A DNA stretch of 64,000 nucleotides from an uncultured Pseudobdellovibrionaceae bacterium (GTDB lineage Bacteria > Bdellovibrionota > FAC87 > UBA2466), in NCBI GenBank assembly GCA_964616705.1, contig CAZTRP010000001.1, positions 314,381-378,380 of the forward strand. The letters run 5' to 3'. Below are positions 57,537 to 64,000 of the stretch, in pieces. Within the stretch, counting starts at the first letter, position 1; each line of letters starts with the position of its first letter. Below the pieces are notes generated by a model. That model was not told the origin of the DNA, did not search any database, and was given only the letters and a program-made list of their open reading frames with translations. The position numbers were made by a program, and so were the translations under genes.

Positions 57537-58834
57537 GAGGTTTAGCGCTTCTATTTGCCTGTTTGTCGACGCTTGCAATGGCGGGTGAGTCAAGGCTTGT
57601 GACAGAGTGTAACAAGGCGCTTGTTTATCAGGGCGAACTTTTTTCGTGCCAGTTCACTCTCTACTCCCCAGAAGATCGTATAGAGGTGGAGGTTTCAAAG
57701 TTTCCTGAGTTTCGTGGCTATTGGAGTGAAAACACGGCCCTTCGCCAAGGGCCTTTGCTTTTACTCCCAGAACTGCGTTTTCCAGGCCTGCGAAAAGCGC
57801 TGGTTGGGACCTACCAACTCACTGCTATGCGCGGAAACGACTTACCCGTAATTTCCCCTATGCGTATCGTCTTGCGAACGTTCGGCATGACTGGGCCGAA
57901 AGAAGAGGAACTCACTAGCGAAGCTCCCACTCTGGCACTAGCTCCCCTGCCCCCTTTACCGGCTCCGATGAAGCCCACTTTCCATGGTGCGGTTGGTAAC
58001 TTCATCCTTAAGGCTGAGAATACTTTGGCTCGTTTCGTACCCAATGAACCCCTGGTTCTGCGGTATTTTCTGACCGGAACCGGGAATTTTCCCGAAATAA
58101 ACTCCCTAAACCCCCAGTTTCCTCCTCAAATAAAAATACTATCCGAACGGTCCGCGACGGTGGGTTCTGGAGCAGTTCAGGCGAAGGCGTTTGAGCTCAC
58201 GCTTTTGCTCGAAGACAGCCAAGCCGCAGATATTAATCCGCTTGTTCTTACTTTTTTTGATCCCGACCAAAAACGCTACCTTCAAACCCAGTCCGAAGCC
58301 ATCCACCTGAGCCCTCTTCCTCGGCCCCGAGCTGAGTCCGTACTGCAGGATGTGACTTTTCCAACACTTGTTCCCGATTGGCGGCCCGCAATCCCACTCG
58401 GACAGAATAGGGCGTTTTGGATATTACAGGCGCTGCTCGGCTCTCTTTGGCTCGCTCTTGCTACAAGCAGGGGTTTTCGGTGGTGGAAACGAAAGCGAGA
58501 ATCCCACCCCCATTTTATCTTAAAGCAACGTTGGAAGGCCTTGCTGGCAGAGCCGCCCGCCTTAGAAAGAGATGCGTGGCTGGTGGCGGCCGAAACCCTG
58601 GTGCACGACACGGTCTCAGCCCGATCGCGTCGCCCCTTGGTTACTCGCCGCCAGAGCCTGGAATATGCGAGTCGCCACTGGGGCAAAGCAGCGCGGGACT
58701 CAATGGAGGCGCTCATCAGCCACCGCGAAAGCCTATATAGCCTTAGCCCAAAGCCCCCACCCCCCATCGAGGAAGTGCGCCCGAAACTGAAGAGGCTTAA
58801 GGGCGTCCTGCTCCGAAGACCAAAAGCCCCTTGA
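57530..58834 (+). CDS. BatD-like protein
   Basis: Signal peptide; FHGAVGNF, LTGTGNF, FFDP..KRY are BatD-type segments. Confidence 0.7.
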   Translation: MVRGLALLFACLSTLAMAGESRLVTECNKALVYQGELFSCQFTLYSPEDRIEVEVSKFPEFRGYWSENTALRQGPLLLLPELRFPGLRKALVGTYQLTAMRGNDLPVISPMRIVLRTFGMTGPKEEELTSEAPTLALAPLPPLPAPMKPTFHGAVGNFILKAENTLARFVPNEPLVLRYFLTGTGNFPEINSLNPQFPPQIKILSERSATVGSGAVQAKAFELTLLLEDSQAADINPLVLTFFDPDQKRYLQTQSEAIHLSPLPRPRAESVLQDVTFPTLVPDWRPAIPLGQNRAFWILQALLGSLWLALATSRGFRWWKRKRESHPHFILKQRWKALLAEPPALERDAWLVAAETLVHDTVSARSRRPLVTRRQSLEYASRHWGKAARDSMEALISHRESLYSLSPKPPPPIEEVRPKLKRLKGVLLRRPKAP

Positions 58835-58858
58835 CTAAGCCAGTCATTGCCTTAGTAT
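58831..58858 (+). promoter_or_regulatory. Candidate sigma70 promoter for rpoZ
   Basis: TTGACT-N16-TAGTAT. Confidence 0.45.
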
Positions 58859-58897
58859 GTGGGGCTCTCAAGAGATAAGAAGAAGAGGAGTCCCCGA

Positions 58898-59116
58898 GTG
58901 GCAAGAGTAACCGTCGAAGATTGCTTGGAAAAAATTCCTAATCGGTTCGAGCTGATTCATATCGCAGCAAAGCGAGTGAAGCAAATGGCCAAGGGTTCCA
59001 AGCCAATGGTGGGCGGCTTCCAAAACAAACCTGCCGTGATGGCCTTGCGTGAAATCGCGGGCGGTTTCGTGCAAAAGGTTTCCGATAGCGAAAACGGGCA
59101 CGGCGACTCGGCCTGA
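58898..59116 (+). CDS. rpoZ: RNA polymerase omega subunit
   Basis: GAGGAG RBS then GTG; ARVTVEDCLEKIPNRFELIHIAAKR...KPAVMALREIA. Confidence 0.93.
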   Translation: MARVTVEDCLEKIPNRFELIHIAAKRVKQMAKGSKPMVGGFQNKPAVMALREIAGGFVQKVSDSENGHGDSA

Positions 59117-59155
59117 TCGTCTCTTCTTCCCTAATTCAAGCATCCGGGGGAGAAA

Positions 59156-60529
59156 ATGAAAAAAAGTTTTCACAGCACACTCATCTTGCTAGCGGTCTTT
59201 GCTGGGCTGTTAGGGTGGTATTTTCTATACGAACAGAAGATTCGCCCTGAACAGAGCAAGAAAGAGGAAGACGCCAAAGTACTCATGGCGACACCGCGCG
59301 ATGCGGTCCAGGAGCTTCTTCTTTCCCAGCGTGAAGGCGATGAAAGCAGCAAGAATTACCGTATCTTCGAATTCAAAAAATCAGGCAGTGATTGGAATAT
59401 CGTAAAGCCCATTCAAGACACAGGCGAAGCCGCGGCGATTGCAGCGATGGTGACCATCGCGACAACCACTAAACAAGACCGAATCGTAGATGAAAAGCCC
59501 GCCAAACTAGAACCCTACGGCCTCGCCAACCCCAAGATTAAAGTATCTGTAAAGAAAGACAGTCAGTCGCCGGCTGAGGAACTTTGGGTAGGTAACGACA
59601 CCCCCGTGGGATCAAGCGTTTATGTAAAGATCGCCGGAAAAGACACGGTATTCCGTGGCCCGTCCCTACTCCGAACCACCTTCGAGAAAGACCTATCCGA
59701 GTACAGAAACAAAAAGATAATGCCCCTAAGCAGAGCGGATGTGTCAGAGGTCGAAATTCAAAATGCCTCTGGATCTTTTGTCCTGAAGCTTTCGCAAGAA
59801 GGCAAATGGCTTTTATCTCGCGATGGCCTGCCTGCAGCTGACCTTGAGGTGAACAAGACGCTCAATGCCGTTCTGGACATGCAAGCCACCAGCTTTGCCT
59901 CGGAAAAAGGGGACAAAGAGTTAGCGAAATGGGGACTAAACTCCCCTGACGTAACTCTTACCTTCACAAAGAAAGACGCTAAGCACCTCCTTCAGCTATC
60001 TAAAGTTAAAGACAAGTACTACGCAAAACGTGGAGACAAAGCAGTCGTCTACGAAATCGGCAAAGACGTGTTCGAGAAGGCGACTAGAAAATCTAATGAG
60101 TACCAGGATCTCCGGCTTCTTACGTTTAACCGATTTGATATTAAGCGAATTAAAGTGGAGCACGGACCTCAGTCGTATGAGCTAGCCAAGGAAGGCACCC
60201 AGTGGGCCCTCTCTGGCGACAATTCCTCTAAGATCGACAACGAAAAGGTAGAAGACTACCTTTCACGCCTCCAGGACACAAAGCTCAGCGGCTTTCTGTC
60301 TCAGAAAGACAAACCCAAAACAGTCGATCTGATCGTGCGGTTTTTTGAAAAAAAGGACGCCAAGGAAACGGAAATAGCCACACTCAAAATCGCAAAATCC
60401 AACAGCAAGCAGGCGATTGCCGAACGCAACGGACTGGATAGAGCTTTTACGATTGGCGAGACAGAGTTCAAAAAAATAAACGCATTTAAGCAAGAATTTA
60501 TCGCTGTAAGCGAAAAGAAGGAGAAGTAG
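59156..60529 (+). CDS. DUF4340 domain protein
   Basis: N-terminal TM helix; repeated units W.IVKP, LEPYGLANP, L.VGNDTP.G..VYV. Confidence 0.75.
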   Translation: MKKSFHSTLILLAVFAGLLGWYFLYEQKIRPEQSKKEEDAKVLMATPRDAVQELLLSQREGDESSKNYRIFEFKKSGSDWNIVKPIQDTGEAAAIAAMVTIATTTKQDRIVDEKPAKLEPYGLANPKIKVSVKKDSQSPAEELWVGNDTPVGSSVYVKIAGKDTVFRGPSLLRTTFEKDLSEYRNKKIMPLSRADVSEVEIQNASGSFVLKLSQEGKWLLSRDGLPAADLEVNKTLNAVLDMQATSFASEKGDKELAKWGLNSPDVTLTFTKKDAKHLLQLSKVKDKYYAKRGDKAVVYEIGKDVFEKATRKSNEYQDLRLLTFNRFDIKRIKVEHGPQSYELAKEGTQWALSGDNSSKIDNEKVEDYLSRLQDTKLSGFLSQKDKPKTVDLIVRFFEKKDAKETEIATLKIAKSNSKQAIAERNGLDRAFTIGETEFKKINAFKQEFIAVSEKKEK

Positions 60530-60531
60530 CC

Positions 60532-61326
60532 ATGGCATTGTCGAGCGTAAAAGGTCGGTGGGCACTGGTTCTGGGAGCATCAAGTGGATTTGGCGAGGCG
60601 ATTTCACTCAAGCTCGCTGAAGTGGGAATGAACATCGCCGGTGTGCACATGGATCGAAAAGGGACTCTTCCCCACGTTGAAGAAGTGGTTCAGAAAATTA
60701 GGGCAAAGGGTGTCAAAGCAACTTTCTTCAATATGAACGCTGCCGATCGCGAGAAACGCGCAGAAGCGCTTACGGAAATTGCCACCCAGGCGCCAGGCGG
60801 TATTCATTGCCTCGTCCACTCTTTGGCATTTGGCTCGCTAAAGCCATTTATTACACCGGAAGAAAAAGACCGCATCTCTCCCGAGCAAATGAACATGACT
60901 CTCGACGTTATGGCCCACAGCCTGGTGTACTGGACTCAGGATCTCTTCCAAAGAAAAATGCTCCCGCGGGGCGGACGTATTTTTGCCATGACTTCTTCAG
61001 GCAGCACGCGCGTCTGGCCGACTTATGGTGCGGTCTCATCGGCCAAGTCCGCTCTTGAATCACATTGTCGGCAACTAGCGTTGGAACTTGCCTCTCATGG
61101 AATCACGGTAAACGCAGTACGGGCCGGTGTAACCGATACGCCTGCACTGAGAAAAATTCCGGGCAATGAAGAAATGGTAGCCATCGCCAGCAAGCGCAAT
61201 CCAGGCGGCCGCCTTACCACGCCAGAAGATATTGCAAACACTCTCGCACTTTTGGTGCACGAAGAATCAGGCTGGTTGACCGGGAATGTACTGGGCATTG
61301 ACGGTGGAGAAGATATCGTCGGCTAG
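60532..61326 (+). CDS. SDR oxidoreductase, enoyl-ACP reductase (FabL/FabI-like)
   Basis: GASSGFG, YGAVSSAK (Y-x6-K), VNAVRAGVTDTPAL. Confidence 0.8.
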   Translation: MALSSVKGRWALVLGASSGFGEAISLKLAEVGMNIAGVHMDRKGTLPHVEEVVQKIRAKGVKATFFNMNAADREKRAEALTEIATQAPGGIHCLVHSLAFGSLKPFITPEEKDRISPEQMNMTLDVMAHSLVYWTQDLFQRKMLPRGGRIFAMTSSGSTRVWPTYGAVSSAKSALESHCRQLALELASHGITVNAVRAGVTDTPALRKIPGNEEMVAIASKRNPGGRLTTPEDIANTLALLVHEESGWLTGNVLGIDGGEDIVG

Positions 61327-62096
61327 ACGATAGCTTTTACTTCGACCTGTTTCTGTTGGTCAATTCCAGAGAATCTATCAAAACAAAGCTGGTACACTCG
61401 CTTGCTCAGCAGAAGTCCACTGTGGGACAAACCTGGCACTGTTGCGGATTTTACGCTGGCTAGCTTACTCCACGACCGTGGAAGCCTTGCCCGAAATGGG
61501 CGGCAAAGCAAGTCGTGGGGTGAGCTAATCGATAAGTATTCGAAACCTTCTGGGAACGGAGTGCGATTGATGGACCGCACAAATCGCGAGACGGGCAACA
61601 TCTGAAATAAGCACCGAGCCTTCAAAACCAAATGCGTTCCAAAGCCCAAGATCGCCACCCAAGTACCTCGATGAGGGGTACCTAGAGTAATGAGACCATT
61701 GCAGTAGTGAAAACCACCTAGGCGCTGAATATAGTAGCGGGCCACCAAGCCACCAGCCGAATGAGCGAGCAGGTACACCGGCATTGTCGACAAGTCGCTG
61801 CGTTTTCGAAGGCCCAGCACAATGGAGGCGAGATTTTCCGCCATGCGGTAGAAACCCGTAACGCCATCTTCAACGTTCGACCAGTCCAATGCCAACACAA
61901 TCACATTGAAGCCGTCTCGGCAGAATCTGCGGCGCATGACCTTAAGGTTGCGACGGGTAGCCCCAAAACCACAAACCAAAATCACTGTAGGCTTGCCCGG
62001 CTCAAGGCCATCGGTCTCACTCCACTCAGGTGCAGTGCGGCTCGGCAGGACATCGATGAGGTCTTTGAAGAACGCTATTAGGGCCCTTAGTCTCAC
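61323..62096 (-). CDS. Alpha/beta hydrolase (lipase/esterase)
   Basis: AHSAGG nucleophile elbow, LITLGTPHRG, DLL, SHSGLL. Confidence 0.85.
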   Translation of the reverse strand: MRLRALIAFFKDLIDVLPSRTAPEWSETDGLEPGKPTVILVCGFGATRRNLKVMRRRFCRDGFNVIVLALDWSNVEDGVTGFYRMAENLASIVLGLRKRSDLSTMPVYLLAHSAGGLVARYYIQRLGGFHYCNGLITLGTPHRGTWVAILGFGTHLVLKARCLFQMLPVSRFVRSINRTPFPEGFEYLSISSPHDLLCRPFRARLPRSWSKLASVKSATVPGLSHSGLLLSKRVYQLCFDRFSGIDQQKQVEVKAIV

Positions 62097-62102
62097 CCTG
62101 CC

Positions 62103-62525
62103 CTATCGGCGGGAACGCTGCTTTTTCTTACGGGTAGGAATCGTTTTCTTAATAAAGCCAAGTGCAAGTTTGGGATCTTGGCTTGTCCATAGAGTGAGCG
62201 ACTGGCTCGCTACATCGTAGCTATTCTGCGCGCCAGTGTAGATAGTGCGTATTTGCCTGTCTGCGCAATTCGGATCGCGGAAGACGGTATCCAAAAAGGC
62301 CAATACCTCTTCTGTTTCGAACTCCAAACCGATTGCCTCGTATCCCAAGCTTGCCAGGTGGGCTTTAAGTTTCTCAGCCGCAAGCAAAACCGCCGACTCA
62401 ATGGGTGGAAGTGCAGTGGGGGCATCCACTGCTTCTATGGCTGCACTCGGCGCGTCATTTTCCAACTCGGTAGAAGCGCACCCATAAAGCATCGCGGAAA
62501 CTACGAGAATTGTTACTTTTCTCAA
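62103..62525 (-). CDS. Hypothetical lipoprotein
   Basis: Lipobox LYG-C. Confidence 0.65.
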   Translation of the reverse strand: MRKVTILVVSAMLYGCASTELENDAPSAAIEAVDAPTALPPIESAVLLAAEKLKAHLASLGYEAIGLEFETEEVLAFLDTVFRDPNCADRQIRTIYTGAQNSYDVASQSLTLWTSQDPKLALGFIKKTIPTRKKKQRSRR

Positions 62526-62583
62526 AAATGTGCTCCTTGTGGAAAAATCGTAAAGATTCTAACACGAAGACCCGATGTAACCC

Positions 62584-63645
62584 ATGAAGCTAAACACGGG
62601 ATCAACTATGCACCTAAAAAATGAATACCGACTGTGGATTTTGGCCCTTATCGCAATTGTTTCTCCGTCGCTCTTGGCGCAAGGCCACGGTGCAGCGGTT
62701 GAGGAGAGCGATAGTCCGCAGCTAGAGATTAGAAACTACCGTTTTAGTCGCTTCACTAACACCACTGACCGTTTGGTGCTCGAATTTCATCGCAAAGACA
62801 ACTCGGGCAAGAAGCTTAAAGTGAGAGCAGAAAACAAGGGCAATGAATGGACGGTAGACGTTGAAAATGCCGTGCTCTTAGGAGCCATTCCGGAAGTGCT
62901 CATCAATGATGCTTACCGAAAATCAGCTCGCTACTTAGGTGCCTTTTCCGTAAACATGGAAGGGCCGGCCTCGGGATTTTCAATGAAGGTAGGTACCTTG
63001 AAAGATGCCCGCGTAGTGGCTCAATGGCTCGAAAATCCAACTCGCTTAGTAATTGATACTGAAGCGGCAAGCGTTGCAAGCCGCCCGCACCGAGAAACTA
63101 TGTCGTTTGAACGAACTGCCCCAAAGCGTCCAACACTCGATGAAGTCATGTGCTTCCCTGCTACGGCGAAAGTGAATTTGACCGTGAGCTTCCAGCCACG
63201 CACTAGCCAACAAGAAGAAATGCAGAATATTCGCATTAACACCAATGGAACCACGCTAGCAGCTGAAGCCAACCCGCCTGCCGATGCTATTGTTTGCTAT
63301 CCAAAGCGTATGGCGATTGGCGCGATGTTGTCTTTTGAAGAGCGAATTCGTAACCCGTATCTTGGTCAAAAGTCTCAATCGAGTGAAATTTTCACTCCGG
63401 CTGAAACGCCAAAAACTGCCGAAAAGACGGTTGGGCATGAATCGGATCTTGATCCGCTTGCCGCTGCCGATGCTCATCTAGAGGCATCGTTAGCACCAAC
63501 GGCTGGGCACGCAGACGAACACCATGCAGAGAATGCCCATAGAAATCCGGCGGAAGCAACGGCTCACAAAGAAGCGGCTCACCCTGCCCCGGCAAAGCAC
63601 GCAACGCCTTCGCCGCTGAGCCTTTTACCACCCAGCGCTCACTAA
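62584..63645 (+). CDS. Secreted protein with AMIN-like domain and His/Ala-rich tail
   Basis: Signal peptide; TDRLVLEF ... WLENPTRLVID. Confidence 0.55.
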   Translation: MKLNTGSTMHLKNEYRLWILALIAIVSPSLLAQGHGAAVEESDSPQLEIRNYRFSRFTNTTDRLVLEFHRKDNSGKKLKVRAENKGNEWTVDVENAVLLGAIPEVLINDAYRKSARYLGAFSVNMEGPASGFSMKVGTLKDARVVAQWLENPTRLVIDTEAASVASRPHRETMSFERTAPKRPTLDEVMCFPATAKVNLTVSFQPRTSQQEEMQNIRINTNGTTLAAEANPPADAIVCYPKRMAIGAMLSFEERIRNPYLGQKSQSSEIFTPAETPKTAEKTVGHESDLDPLAAADAHLEASLAPTAGHADEHHAENAHRNPAEATAHKEAAHPAPAKHATPSPLSLLPPSAH

Positions 63646-63671
63646 AAGGCACGCCTAGCAGTGCGGCGTTA

Positions 63672-64000
63672 CTAGTTTTTCCATTTAATATTGCAGCCGA
63701 CACTCGGCAGCTGTTCCGGTGATACGGGACGACCGCTGAGTACCGCGTCCATTGCCAATCTTAAGTCATTTCCACTAACAGCCGTTCCATTTCCCGGACG
63801 GCTGTCGTCCATTTGACCTCGGTAAACGAGTTTCTTTGAAGAATCAAAAAGGAAAAAGTCGGGAGTACAAGCAGCCTCATAGGCCTTAGCGACTTCTTGG
63901 GTTTCGTCGTAAAGGTAAGGGAAAACATAGCCGGCGCTGATTTTTTCCTCTTTCATTTTCTCTGGGCTATCCGCGGGATAGTTCTCCACATCATTCGAGC
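63672..64000 (-). CDS. Thioredoxin-family/AhpC-TSA protein, C-terminal part; starts beyond the window
   Basis: SNDVENYPADSPEKM, FPYLYDETQEVAKAYEAACTPDFF, YRGQMDDSRP, PSVGCNIKWK. Confidence 0.85.
   Translation of the reverse strand, partial: SNDVENYPADSPEKMKEEKISAGYVFPYLYDETQEVAKAYEAACTPDFFLFDSSKKLVYRGQMDDSRPGNGTAVSGNDLRLAMDAVLSGRPVSPEQLPSVGCNIKWKN

Noticed and set aside
62551-62578. Sigma28-like TAAAG...CCGAT promoter
   Set aside because: Spacing is one base longer than the enteric consensus and the -10 element is incomplete; unsupported without TSS data.

Overview
A 64-kb chromosomal window of about 50% GC (by eye) from a Gram-negative bacterium. Many secreted orphan proteins, PilZ and sigma54 regulators, and the rpoZ sequence suggest a Bdellovibrionota/deltaproteobacteria-like lineage (inference). 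Housekeeping content: CaCA antiporter (partial), ftsK, speA, fabH, a lexA / imuA-imuB-dnaE2 mutagenesis cassette, a complete kdpFABCDE locus, M20 peptidase, TauE exporter, NtrC-type regulator, RRM-infA, 7TM-HD (PgpH-like)-ybeY, lolC/E, class I LysRS, ferredoxin, a MoxR-DUF58-Bat operon, rpoZ, and tRNA-Ala(GGC) and tRNA-Pro(CGG). No CRISPR array, rRNA, integrase or transposase was recognised. The most notable feature is a ~2-kb integrase-less islet at tRNA-Ala(GGC). It is bounded by direct and inverted copies of the tRNA 3' half and carries a class III nucleotide-cyclase-like gene followed by a DUF2971-like gene, a candidate undescribed (possibly invertible) defence or signalling module. Other leads: a candidate new LexA box, an FtsK without a gamma domain, an orphan-terminator sRNA candidate, a KdpD with a c-di-AMP-type USP motif together with a PgpH-like enzyme, and a shared Cys micro-motif in secreted orphan proteins. 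All calls come from motif recognition by eye; no searches were run.
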